A DNA stretch of 53,540 bases, filler included, from Squatina squatina (Eukaryota), in NCBI GenBank assembly GCA_031763465.1. It is 2 parts of 2 records of this genome, joined end to end, with 100 filler letters (N's around TTAATTAATTAA, not from the genome) between each part and the next. Parts side by side here need not be neighbours in the genome. Positions count along the whole stretch, not along the records: positions 1 to 24,516 come from JARFOE010000004.1; 1 more part is not named here. One strand, written 5' to 3'. The translations under genes were made by a program, and so were the position numbers. The notes beneath the pieces are model-generated. The model was not told the DNA's origin, searched no databases, and was given only the letters and a program-made list of their open reading frames with translations. This document shows, piece by piece, positions 1 through 11,499 of this stretch (position 1 is the first letter of the stretch; each line of letters opens with the position of its first letter).

Positions 1-75
1 GGTTCGGCACAACATCGTGGGCCGAAGGGCCTGTTATGTGCTGTATTTTCTATGTTCTATGTTCTATGTTCTATG
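1..75 (+). mobile_element. CR1-type LINE 3' end with (CTATGTT)n tail
   Basis: GGGCCGAAGGGCCTGTT hairpin region followed by a tandem TTCTATG tail; the same 70 nt recur at 8424-8493. Confidence 0.75.
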
Positions 76-326
76 TAGCAGTGTGCGTGTATGTAGGAAT
101 GAGTGTGTGTGTGTAGGAGATTTTGTGTGTGTGTGTGTAGGAGGGAGTGTGTGTGTGTGTGTAGGAGGGAATGTGTGTGTGTGTGTATGAGGGAATGAGT
201 GTGTGTGTGTGTGTGTGTGTGTAGGAGGGAATGTGTGTGCGAGTATGTAGGAGTGAGTGTTTGTGTGTGTTTGTTTGTAGGAGGGGAATGTGTGTGTAGG
301 AGGGAATGTGTGTGTGTAGGAGGGAA

Positions 327-362
<36 letters not shown>

Positions 363-1146
363 GGGGAATGTCTGAGTGAGTGCAGGAGGGAATGAGGTGT
401 GTGTATGTGTGTGAGCGTAGGAGGGAGTGTGAGTGCAGGAGGGAATATATGTGTGTGTGAAGGAAGGAATGTCTGTGTGTGGGTGTGTGTGAGTGAGCGC
501 AGGAGGGAATGAAGTGTGTGTGTGTAGGAGGGAGTGAGTGTGTGTGAAGGAGGGAGTGTGTGTGTGTGAAGGAGGGAGTGTGTGTGTGGGGGAGGGAATG
601 TGTGTAGGTATAGGAGGGAATGTTTGTGTGTAGGAGGGGAATGTGTGTGTGTGGGTGTGTGTGTGTATGGGGGAATGTCTGAGTGCAGGAGGGAATGATT
701 ATGCGTGTGTGTGTGTAGGAGGGAGTGTGTGTGCAGGGGGGAGTGTTTGTAGGAGGGAATGTATGTTTGTGTGTAGGAGGGAATGTATGTTTGTGTGTAG
801 GAGGGAATGTATGTTTGTGTGTAGGAGGGAATGTGAGTGTGTGTGTAGGAGGAAATGTGTGTGTGTGTATGTAGGAGGGAGTGTGTGTGTGTGCTTGTGT
901 ATAGGAGGGAATGTGTATGAGTATGTAGGAGGAAATGTGTGTGTGTAGGAGGGAATGTATGTCTGTGTGTAGGAGGGAATGTCTGTGTATAGGAGGGAAT
1001 GTGTGTGTGGGTGTGTGTGTATGTAGGAGTGTGTGTGTGTGTGCGCGCGCAGTAGGGAGTGGCTTTGTGAGTATGTATGAGGGAATGTGTGTGTTTGTAG
1101 GAGGGAATTTATGTGTGTGTGTAAGAGGAAATGTGTGTGTGTATAG
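76..1146. repeat. Compound minisatellite: (GT)n tracts alternating with AGGAGGGAAT
   Basis: Dozens of imperfect GTAGGAGGGAAT-(GT)n units seen directly; + strand is almost free of C. Confidence 0.95.
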
Positions 1147-2159
1147 GCTTGTTACATCCACAGATACCCGTGCTATCCTTTAACGGAAGTGAGATTGGTT
1201 GAATTGGTGAGGTTCAGAGAGTGAAGGAGAGCCGCAATTTAGATTAATTTAATGTTTGGTTCTGAATTCTCCAACGTGTCTATTAGGGCTGTTGCATTCC
1301 ACTTACACTACACGTTATTCCTTGTCGCGCACTGAACCACAGTCTCAACTATTCGGGCTTCTAGTTTAAGGAAACATCCTGGTGCAATCGACATTGTGGT
1401 TTCCTGAACTGACCTGTTTAATTAAATAGTGCGGAGAACTTGCAGTACAGCAATGATTAATGGCCGCCAACATATAAAGACTGCGATTATGCCGGGTTAA
1501 CATGACTTGAAATTGCTCAGTGCCAATGCCCACAGCCTGCTGTCCTTGTGTCATTGAGCCTCCCGGTGAATTTCACTTGTTACATTTCAGGTGCTCCACA
1601 GGTGACTCGGAAATAATGTCCTCACTGCCCTGCAGCATCTTGCACCCCGCTGGCATTTATTCCGGAAGTAATTTGTATTTTTTTAAAACACTTTTAGCCC
1701 ACTGTTTCTACTTCCAAAATGTTCAGTGCACATGAATTCAAAATAAAGTTGTATTATGGTCAAAGAATGGAGACTGGAGTCAGTGATAGAGGATATGAGG
1801 GGCTGATCATCTATTGAGATGTGCGAAGAATACTTAAAAAGTCAAAAGTATGGATACAAAAAGCTGAATAGTTACTTGACCAAAGAGGTTATGACAGCTC
1901 ATAGCAAGATATGAATGAACACATTCACTGCAGCCCACTTCCAAGTATGATGAATCTTGTCCACTACTCTCTCAATCCCTTTCTGCTGAATCTCTATCCA
2001 GTTCCTAGCCAAATGTGAAAACAACACTGCCTGCATCATGCGCTGCCCAGCAATTCTTGACGGAAGTGCAGGTCAGCCAAAGGCAGGGTCAGGCAGAGAT
2101 TCCGCATGCCCAGTGATAAAATGCCTGACAACACTTACTATTACAGCTCATTAAAGAGT

Positions 2160-2550
2160 GAGCTTGCTTCAGTTGGTAGCACTCATCTCCAAATCAAACT
2201 AGCCCCACTCACATTGAGCACATAAATGGAGATACCGTCCTTCAAATGAGAAGTGAAACTAAGGCTGCTTCTGCCTATTTCGGTACTTTAAGTGGACATT
2301 AAATAATACCATGCCATTACTTGAAAAGGAAGGAGTTCTCCCCATGTTCTGGCCAACATTCCTTCCACAACTAACACAAAAAAATGTAACTGATCATTTA
2401 TCCAGTTTCTGTTTATGGGATCTTGAGGTGTTCAAAATGACCACTGTATTTGCTTTCAAAGCAGCCGCTACACTTTAATGTAGCACATTGTATATTAAGT
2501 GCTTCAATGTGTCTTGAGAGTTACAAGAAGGCATTACACAGATGCAAGAC
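2160..2550 (+). mobile_element. Degenerate tRNA-derived DeuSINE (SacSINE1-like)
   Basis: Colinear with the better copy at 22181-22631 (TCAGTTGGTAGCACTC head, GTGGACATTAAA core, ATGCAAG tail). Confidence 0.6.
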
Positions 2551-2704
2551 TTTTATACGTGCGTAATGGTCTCTTGGATAAGGTATTGGAGGACGATGGT
2601 GGAACTGTACCTCAGCAAGGACAAGGGAGAGGAGAAATTAGGCAAAAATACAAGTTATTGTAACCACTTTACATTTATAAGCTGTAGCAATTTACTATTT
2701 TTAC

Positions 2705-2823
2705 CTTTTTGCAAACAACTTCAAAGCCATAAGAGAAAACACTGCAACACTGAACATAAACAGCACAAACACATAAGTGATCTCAGGAAGGGTGTTGCGG
2801 ATATTCCTGAAGGCTCTTCGGAG
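2705..2823 (-). CDS. TPCN3: Two-pore channel 3 (TPC3) internal exon, S4-S5 linker/S5 of repeat I
   Basis: ttttttgtatttcag|...AG|gtaa; LRRAFRNIRNTLPEITYVFVLFMFSVAVFSLMALKLFAK(R) matches recalled vertebrate TPC3; splices in frame from the 3046-3162 exon. Confidence 0.9.
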
Positions 2824-3045
2824 CTGAAATACAAAAAACACTAATATTAACATGTGGAAATAGTAATATTTGATGTTAAACTTGTTCCTGTGGTGGCATT
2901 GCACACTGATTCTGCACCATGCTATGGCAGACAAAATTAAAGAAATGTTTCACACCTACAAGTAAAGTTTCTAATCTTACCACATTTAAAATCAGTGGAG
3001 GGTCCTGGTAATGGACATTCATTTGGAGTAGAAAATAAAGCTCAC

Positions 3046-3162
3046 CTGACGACTTTCAGTGAAGTTTACACAAAACAGTGGCCTCAGGACTCTTGACCAC
3101 CTGACTGCAAAATACCCAGTTTCTATCAGAGCCAAATATACAATCATATCCATCAACGTGAG
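3046..3162 (-). CDS. TPCN3: TPC3 internal exon, S3-S4 of repeat I
   Basis: cttcacttgcag|...CAG|gtgagc; 117 nt, LTLMDMIVYLALIETGYFAVRWSRVLRPLFCVNFTESRQ with an RWSRxLRP S4 motif. Confidence 0.9.
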
Positions 3163-4088
3163 CTGCAAGTGAAGAAATGCAGCATTTAGAAATGCCCAAT
3201 AGCTTTAGACAGATACCGCAAACTAACATTTTTATAAACTGGTCAGAGGAGATCACAATGGGATGGGGAGCAGAGAAGAGCTAGAAAAAAAAAACATGCA
3301 AGGAAAAATAAACAGCACACGGTATTGCTCCAGATTGCCATCTAGTGGACTCCTAATGGAAAGTGCACGTGTAGAGATGTTGAGCAGGGGAGGGGGTCTG
3401 CCAGCACTCGTGTGAAGAGTTGGGTCAAGTGTTAGGGGTGGCTGACACCTGTGTGACCATCCGCCAGTGTGCGGCCTCAGGAGGAGAGGAGAAAGGCAAA
3501 AAAAACAGAACCAAATAAATACAGCTGGGATACTGAAAAAAATCACAATCGCAGGCAGAATATTGGGGGGGGAAAGGAAAAAAACTTGTAACTTTCTTAC
3601 TGTAAAATTCCAACAAATCTGTCTGTGATTATTGGTCTCAAGGCTAGAGTACCAGCATTTAAATAGCACTATCATATCCTCGGCTTACAACATCTTACAA
3701 CCAATGGATAACTTCAGATATGTCACTGCTGACATATCAGCAATCAAGGTNNNNNNNNNNNNNNNNNNNNNNNNNNNNNNNNNNNNNNNNNNNNNNNNNN
3801 NNNNNNNNNNNNNNNNNNNNNNNNNNNNNNNNNNNNNNNNNNNNNNNNNNCCCTTTCAGGCAGTGCATTCCAGATCACAACAACTCGCTGCGTAAAAAAA
3901 ATTCATCTCCCATCTGGTTCATTTGCCAATGCGTTAATGGATTAAGTTGTGTGTGATACACTTGAGAGCCTAGCACCTGAACTGAATAACAAACAACTGT
4001 ATTTGTGATTCTTAACCTTGTAAAGCATGACAAACAAAACCTTGAAACCCGTTATAACCTATGAGACAATAGATAATTAATCTCCTAC

Positions 4089-4171
4089 CCGATTGCTTGT
4101 GGTGAAGTTTCAAACTGGATGTTTCTGTTATACTGAGCGTCAGAGACATAAGCGGCAGCCAGTTGAAGTTG
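4089..4171 (-). CDS. TPCN3: TPC3 N-terminal-region exon
   Basis: ttcaacag|...GG|gtagga; QLQLAAAYVSDAQYNRNIQFETSPQAI(G) matches the recalled TPC3 N-terminal motif YVSDAQYNRNI-F-TSPQA; upstream of the other two exons on the same strand. Confidence 0.85.
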
Positions 4172-4534
4172 CTGTTGAATTATAACATAAATTAAATTAA
4201 ACAGGAAAAAAAAATGCAATTCTAAGTATGATTTACTAAGAAGTAACCCTGACAGTAGCTTGCTGTTATCAAGAATCGTGAATGGACAGTAAATGCATAA
4301 ACCAATGCTTCCCTCCTCTTTCATGTTGTGAAACTTATGAATTGTGGCTTGAAAATTCAAGATTCAACACCACTTTTAAAAACACTAGCCGAGTTACCTT
4401 TACAAACAATTCCGGTGGACTGATGACAAGTTAGGAAGTGAGTTACGCAAACTGTGTTCCCTATTTCCTTCCCGCCGCCCCAAGTCCCCACCCGCCCCCC
4501 CACCGTCCTCCTGCCGTCTTCTCCCCCCCCAAAC

Positions 4535-4785
4535 ACCGTGGCAACTGTGCCCTCAGCAGCTCAGGTCCCACGGTCTGGAATTCCTTTCTGAAACATGTCT
4601 ACTTTTCCACTGAATTCACCACCTTTAAGATCATACTTATAAGCCCCTTCTTTGACCAAGCCTGGCTACTGCCCCTTCCTTGGGCTCTGTCTCTCTTTCC
4701 TTTTTGACTATGCCTCTTTGAAGTAGCTTGGGATGCTTTTTAAATATTAAAGGTACTTTAGTATATATAAATGCAAATTGTTGTT
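4535..4785 (+). mobile_element. Degenerate L2 LINE 3' end
   Basis: Similar to 10895-11235 (CTGGAATTCC...TTTGACCAAGC...CTTGGGATG...TATAAATGCAA tail). Confidence 0.55.
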
Positions 4786-5810
4786 TTCAAAGTGGGAAGC
4801 CAGATAGTTCCAATGGCCTGATATAGTGTGCACTCTCACTCCCTGTAGGGACATGACTCTCACACCTAAGGCTACAGAATTTAAGTAAAGAGCAGCTTTG
4901 CAAGGATCAAGGCTTGGGGACTTAAGTGTGCACACTGTTACTGTAAGAGTTTAACCCATTACGATTACACAGCTTAACAGCATAGAGCACTGGGAATCTT
5001 TCCCCTATTTTCCAGCCAGGACTATCCTACCCATTAGGCCATTAGCTTGCCGGGTTATCTGGAGTGAAGAAACTTAATTCCTGGTGACAGATTCCATCGA
5101 CACAAATATTTGTTGCCGAAATAGATTATTGTGTACTCCTAGTCTTTGAATAAGCACTTTATCAGATCTGAACTAGAATATATACTGCAAATCGCACTTC
5201 GTAAAAAAAAAAGTTAAATAATAGGACAAAGTCAATACAATTGGTTACAGAATTTTAAAATTATGCCTCCTCGAATACAAAAGTAAACATACTTCATTTA
5301 CTCTTTTAGTAATGCTAAACCAAGAACACAACACTTGTATATGAGATTTTGTCCAACCACCGANNNNNNNNNNNNNNNNNNNNNNNNNNNNNNNNNNNNN
5401 NNNNNNNNNNNNNNNNNNNNNNNNNNNNNNNNNNNNNNNNNNNNNNNNNNNNNNNNNNNNNNNAATCCTGCACCTCAAAATGTGGAGGTATAATTTAAAA
5501 TATGTCGCATGCACACATTGTTGGACCGTGGACTATGCATCCTTGATAGAGACCTCTTATGACTGCAGCAAAGCCCAAGTCAAAAATTGAATCACTAGAC
5601 CAGTATTTCAAATTGATCCTTAGGCTCCAGGAGTAAAATCTATAACTTAAGACACCCATTATTGACTTGCTTTTAAACAGCAGCATTAATGATGTGATGA
5701 TGTCACGACAGCCTCAATAAGACTACATCTAAATGTGCGGATTGGAGCTTCATTTGTGGCTGTGTGACTCATGACCTGCAGAAATAACAATCCTAAATCA
5801 CTTTTACTAG

Positions 5811-6018
5811 GAATATAAAGAACCAGGCTACTGCAAAGAAACAGGGAAATATGGAAAATACTGATGATGATGATGATGATGAAGATGAAGGTGACGATGC
5901 CGATGTCAGTGATAATGAGAATGAAGCAGAGGAATCTGACGAAGAACAAGCTACAGATAAACTATTCATTACAATCAGTGACTTTGCAGCTCAGGAGGAA
6001 CATGATCTGTCATTTCAG
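5811..6018 (+). CDS. NPHP1: Nephrocystin-1 exon: acidic tract and start of SH3 domain
   Basis: cttttactag|...CAG|gtgaat; NIKNQ...DDDDDDEDEGDD...FITISDFAAQEEHDLSFQ resembles the NPHP1 acidic region plus YIAVGDFTAQQVGDLTFK; syntenic with TPCN3 and MAL. Confidence 0.85.
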
Positions 6019-6439
6019 GTGAATATATTCTGTTATCGAAGAGAAAAGTATTGGAATATTGTATTTGATATGAATTTAGCTGACCTCATGGAAACATAGG
6101 GCAATTTTATAGTTTGGCACTGTCTGTCTGCCCCTTAACACTAAATTGTAATTTCAGTAAGGAATCTCACTCCACTTTATCCTAACTAAAAAGGACTGTT
6201 GAATTGTTTGCCAGCTGTAGTACGAATCTCAAAGGATCATTACACCTCTACATTATATGGCAAGACAGATAAAGAACCTTGCTGCCAGAGACTCCTTCAG
6301 GCCCTTTACAGATTAACTGGTTTAAAAGAATTAAAATCAACTTCAGCAGCTCTGATTATTCAAAAGTTTTGTTTAAGTTGTGCGGATGGTAGCTCTGAGG
6401 GATAAAGTTATTGGGCCCAGCGGTATGTTTGAAATTATT

Positions 6440-6628
6440 TAATATATAGCTTACCGATCCTTCAACCAGTGGAAACAGGTTCTCCTTATTTACTCTATCA
6501 AAATCCTTCAAGATTTCGAACATCTTTATCAATTCTCCCCTGAGCCTTCTCTGCTCTAAGGAGAACAACCCCAGTTTCTTTGGTCTCGCCAAGTAACTGA
6601 ACTCTTTCATCTCTGATACCCTCTCTAC
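6440..6628 (-). mobile_element. CR1 LINE ORF2 C-terminal fragment
   Basis: LGLFSLEQRRLRGELIKMFEILKDFDRV, the typical CR1 ORF2 C-terminal motif. Confidence 0.85.
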
Positions 6629-6728
6629 NNNNNNNNNNNNNNNNNNNNNNNNNNNNNNNNNNNNNNNNNNNNNNNNNNNNNNNNNNNNNNNNNNNNNNNN
6701 NNNNNNNNNNNNNNNNNNNNNNNNNNNN

Positions 6729-6801
6729 TGATCATATTGAATGGCGGTGCAGGCTCGAAGGGCTGAATGGCCTTCTCCTGCACCTATTTTCTATGTTTCT
6801 A
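6729..6801 (+). mobile_element. CR1 LINE 3' terminus
   Basis: GCAGGCTCGAAGGGCTGAATGGCCTTCTCCTG...TTCTATGTTTCTA. Confidence 0.7.
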
Positions 6802-7400
6802 AATTAGGTCCAAAGTTATATTTAAGCAATGATGCAGAGAAACAGTATAATCAATCACATGCTGCGATTTAGTCAGTTTATTAGCAGCTGTGGCTGCATC
6901 CTTGTGTTGACACTGCAGAAGCTGTGGAACAGTATAGGCCTATAGCCTGGAGATCTGGTGCAGCAGTTACAGTTCTGTTCCTGGTGACTGACTCCTATTA
7001 AATAATTGTTTACTTTATTTGCAGCTTGCTTCCAGAAACTCTGGTCGGCCCCAAGTGCTACATCCAACTGCTGGCATTTTATCGACAGTTACTTGCAGAT
7101 GTGCTTCTTAAAGACCGAATTAATGTGCAAAGTGCTGGTGAGAACACTAGGCCAAAAGCCTTCATTACATTCAAAAGTGAAAGTTACTGTGTGCTTTGGT
7201 TCGTTCCAATGTAATACACTGGAAAAATATTCAACTATATACTAAAAGCAATTTATTTTCAGGTTCAATTGATGGTTGATCGAGTTTACACACTGAGTAG
7301 CTGAGCCATACAGGGTGGGAATGAGCCAGGTTCAAACCCTGGTCAGTGTTGAGTTAGCTAATCTCAGCTGTGGAGATAGCAGCAGTGCCACACTTGGTAC

Positions 7401-7573
7401 CTGGGTTGGGGAAGTGGGGAGCGGGTGGTGCTGATCAATGGATCTCGCTTCTGTCGGGGATGGCAATGAGCCGAGCGACTCATGACTTCCGGGCTGCTCT
7501 GGTGAAAGGGCATCACTGCTGTCTTCGTCGAATGATGAGTTGTCTGCCAACGCAGAGTACGGCACGTGGTTAT
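7401..7573 (-). CDS. MRTFA: Myocardin-related transcription factor (MRTF-A/MKL1-like) exon following the RPEL repeats
   Basis: tttttctcgcag|...CAG|gtacca; DNHVPYSALADNSSFDEDSSDALSPEQPGSHESLGSLPSPTEAR...SPTQ closely resembles MRTF-A SSSFDEDSSDALSPEQPASHESQGSVPSPLEAR...SPTQ; paralogue identity less certain than family. Confidence 0.8.
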
Positions 7574-8420
7574 CTGCGAGAAAAACAAAACAACGCGTAT
7601 TAGCGACTTGGCCGAGGGGGGATTCAAGTTTCTTTCGGGATGTAACAAAAACCAGACAGAATGGAAAAAATATCTACTGACACCAAACTGTCTCCACAGC
7701 CTTTGGAGGGCGACTCTCAGTCCAACCTATGCTACCCAAGGAAAAAAATAAATCAAGTGCTTAGCCACACAATAAAGCCCTCCTGATTTAACCCATCCCA
7801 AAGTGGCTTGAAGTATAATCCAACAATTCCCTACATCAGCTACATCTTGCTTCAGGAATCACAAAATGTCAAAGCTTTTACCTCACTCCCTTCTACCTCA
7901 CTTCTGTTTCCCAATAGTCTGTCCGTGCCATCTTGGAGTACGACCTATGCTCCAGCTTCTGCCCAATGCAGCTCCACTACTCCGAGGACAAACAGAAGGG
8001 TAACCCAGGGCAACGGAGCCTCGGATTGTCCTTCCCTCTGCATGAAAAAGCCTCTGACTTTCCCCAACTGCAATTCATTGCATGGAAATCTGCACACACT
8101 CCAACACACAAAATTAATGGCCAGGGAGAGACCAGCTGGTCCATCAAGCCTGCATCATATCATGATGTCTGTAGCATCCTGCACCATTACTGTAGCATCA
8201 TGACTTCCTACTGCCCCACCCCACCCAGCCAGCCATGCAATCTCCTGGGAGAGGTAAAAAAAAAACCATGATGTCAAGGCTTAAACACCAAAAAGGGACT
8301 GGGGAAGGTTGGCTTTCTAANNNNNNNNNNNNNNNNNNNNNNNNNNNNNNNNNNNNNNNNNNNNNNNNNNNNNNNNNNNNNNNNNNNNNNNNNNNNNNNN
8401 NNNNNNNNNNNNNNNNNNNN

Positions 8421-8495
8421 AAAGGTTCGGCACAACATCGTGGGCCGAAGGGCCTGTTATGTGCTGTATTTTCTATGTTCTATGTTCTATGTTAT
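8421..8495 (+). mobile_element. CR1-type LINE 3' end, identical to 1-70
   Basis: Direct comparison of the two stretches. Confidence 0.75.
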
Positions 8496-8766
8496 GGACT
8501 TACCCCAGTGAAGCACAGGCATTTTGGTTCTACTGTTCTGGCCAAGGTGATCATTGAACTGCTGCAGTTCTTGTGATGATGGATGGTGCTCCACGATGGT
8601 ATTAATATTACTGAACCTCACAGTGGCGTCTGAAAGTGGCTTGCTAGACAGCGTCAAAAGGAACTATGAGTAAACCGCATCGTGTGGGACTGGAGTCACG
8701 TATGGGCCAGACCGGGTGGGGGTTTTATATCTAACTTGGTGTTTTTTTTGTAATTTATCTTTCTAG

Positions 8767-8934
8767 GTTTTTGGTGGTTTAGTTTGGATCCTTGTGGCTT
8801 CTTCTCGAGTTCTATTTCCAGGCGATCAAGGCTGGGTGATGTTTGTTTCGGTCTTCTGCTTTGTTATAACGACATTGCTGCTCATACTGTACATGGCTGG
8901 CGTTCAGAAGAGTTCATCTGCGTGGACTGCAGTG
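8767..8934 (+). CDS. MAL: Myelin and lymphocyte protein (MARVEL domain) exon 2
   Basis: tttctag|...GTG|gtatgg; 168 nt, VFGGLVWILVASSRVLFPGDQGWVMFVSVFCFVITTLLLILYMAG matches MAL FGGLVWILVASS...QGWVMFVSVFCF; convergent with MRPS5 as in other vertebrates. Confidence 0.88.
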
Positions 8935-9679
8935 GTATGGCCTTCTATGAGCTCTGTATTACACAACAGAACTGTTCCCAAATATGCTGCAATATTCTAA
9001 CTTCAGGTCTTCCAATGATTTCCCTCATTATGATATGCACAGCTTAAAGCTCGAGTTAACAAACTGGGATGCATTATTTTATTTGATATTTCACTCCAAC
9101 AGGGTAGAATACTCAGAAATCATAGACTCTACCCCATATCCTTAGAACACATTTAGTGATACCAGGAAAAGGGAAAAAAGGGACCAGTAGGATTCCAGCG
9201 AGAACAGTAAGGCTGAGCACTCAATTTCAAAGGCCTCTCCCAGCCCTGTTCCCGCTTGGTGGAATGTGTTGAAATTGCCCTCCAACCAATCATTTAATCA
9301 TTTAACAAATGTTATCAATGCTGCCCATGCTGAGGTACAGCTCCAGGGATGTTGACAGTCCAGGTAATGGCTGCGTGGAAAATTACAGAGATTGCCTTTT
9401 CTCCTGTGATTCCATAATGGCAGCCAATATACCAAATTGTGCCATGAGTAATCATCTAAAGTTCTTTCAAAAAATATATAAACATTGTTAAGGGAACAGG
9501 TAATAAATAGATCTATATGTGTTTAACTGTGCAGATACAGATGAGTAAAATTATATCTAATTTGCAGGGGTTCAATTTGTGATTTGATTTAGTAAAAGCT
9601 GATGTCATCGCTTGCATCCCAGTGAGTTGCACTTCTTTATAAACCAGTCAGCTTCACATCGGCGATAGGAAAAAAAATG

Positions 9680-10077
9680 GAATTCCCTACTAAAAGGGAA
9701 AATAGAACCTCAAGAAACCAAAAGTATAATAATGAATAGCCAGCAGGATTTCAAAAGGGGAAGTCTTGCTTGACTGACCTCGCTGAATTTTTTGAAGAGG
9801 TTACAGAAAGAATAATCCAGTAGATGTAATTTATCTAGATTTTCAAAAGGCCTTTGATAAGGTACCCCATAATAGATTGACGGACAAGGTCAGAGAATGC
9901 GGAGTCAGGGCACACGTAGCAGAATGGTTAGCTAGCTGGCTTCAAGACACAAAGCAGAGAGTAGGGGTAACTATTCATATTGGCAGAGGGTGGGTAGTGA
10001 TGTTCCACAAGGATCAGTGCTGGGACCACTGTTGTTCACAATTTATATTAACGATTTAGACTTTGGAATCAAAAACA
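9680..10077 (+). mobile_element. CR1 LINE reverse transcriptase fragment, frameshifted
   Basis: IYLDFQKAFDKVPH and [20 protein letters not shown] motifs. Confidence 0.9.
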
Positions 10078-10894
10078 NNNNNNNNNNNNNNNNNNNNNNN
10101 NNNNNNNNNNNNNNNNNNNNNNNNNNNNNNNNNNNNNNNNNNNNNNNNNNNNNNNNNNNNNNNNNNNNNNNNNNNNNAGTAATGTTAATCCATATGTATT
10201 TGTGGGCTTTTTTGTTAATAAAGTTTACAACTGGCTGAAAATATAGAGCCGCCTAAGCCCTAAAATACTGCAGGGGTATTTCTGATCTCCCATTATAAAT
10301 TCAGTGGATCTCCCAGAAAAATGAAGTGTACAGCAGAAAACGTCCTCTTATGTTATTTCCCTGGGGGTTACACCAATCTCCTACTAAAGTTTCAGTGAGA
10401 GAGTGAGAGAACCCTTGGGAATTTCCAGGTCCTGATCTCAAACAAAGAAACTAATGCTAGCAGGTATTACATTTGCACAATGAACTGTACAACCAACTTC
10501 ACAGAGTCCTCAAAAGTATGTTACAAATGGTATAAATGGATTAAACCAGTAATCTGATGCAGCAGATTTACCGAATACACTAGACTTTGTTTGTATTGGA
10601 TAGCTACTGCATTTATGTTGGTGCCACTGCTATAGCATATTCGTTTCCGCTTATGAAATGATTGGACTAGATTTTTCTCTGTGTAATAATCTGGTGGGAC
10701 AGATCATCTGTCCTTTATAGAACCTGTCTGATTTTTATTCATAAAGGATGAGCAATCCTCCCCAGCAGATTACCATCCAGGTGGTAAAGACAAAAACCTA
10801 CCTCGTTGAGATGATTGTTTACTAATTTATTTGGGAGGATTCACATTCATTCACTCAGTTATTATGACAAGCCTATAATTCTACCTCAGTAATA

Positions 10895-11235
10895 TTTTCA
10901 TCCTCATTTTCAAATCCCTCCATGACCTCACCCCTCTCTGTAACCTCCTCCAGTGCTGCAACCCTCCGAGACCTCTGCACTTCTCCAATTCTAGGCTCTT
11001 GCGCATCAACAACGTCCTTCGCCCCACCATTGTCAACCATGTCTTCAGCAGCTGTGGAATTCCCTTCCACCTCTCAAACTCTGTCTCCCCATATAAGGCA
11101 CTCCTTAAAACCTACCTCCATGACCCAATATCCCCTTATCTAGCTCAGGGTCAAATTTTGTTTGATAACACTCCTGTGAAGCACCTTGGGATGTTTTGCT
11201 ATGTTAAAGGCACTATATAAATGCAAGTTATTGAT
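10895..11235 (+). mobile_element. L2 LINE 3' end
   Basis: LKTYL-type ORF2 end plus 3' tail GTGAAGCACCTTGGGATG...AAAGGCACTATATAAATGCAAGTT. Confidence 0.75.
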
Positions 11236-11499
11236 GTAATGTGGCTGAAGGAAAGAAGTCAGTGGTCAGGAGTGCCATCCATAAAAGGCCAAAGTACGCA
11301 ATAGAGATTAGGCATGGGTAAAGAAAGGAGTCCTGAGCTGGTTTCCGTGTTAATAATAAGCAACTAAAAATATGGGGAGGGGGGAATTAAGTGGACCATG
11401 TAGCACCCCTTTTTAGGTGCTATGTGGCCACAAAAGGCTCAAAAATGGGGCCCAAGATACATGAGCACATCTCTGACAGGATCTTGGTAAAGGGGTTTG

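Noticed and set aside
76-1146. CRISPR-like repeat-spacer appearance
   Set aside because: The spacers are (GT)n rather than unique sequence, the context is vertebrate and there are no cas genes.
64-1161. 365-aa His/Thr/Pro-rich ORF and overlapping Cys/Val-rich ORFs
   Set aside because: Translation of the (GT)n/AGGAGGGAAT minisatellite; stops are absent because of composition.
4085-4360. 91-aa ORF as a complete TPC3 N-terminus
   Set aside because: Only 4089-4171 resembles TPC3 and is bounded by splice sites; the remainder looks like AT-rich intron.
7930-8320. Possible further Harbinger transposase remnant or 131-aa ORF
   Set aside because: Resemblance too faint to support by eye; no splice or motif evidence.
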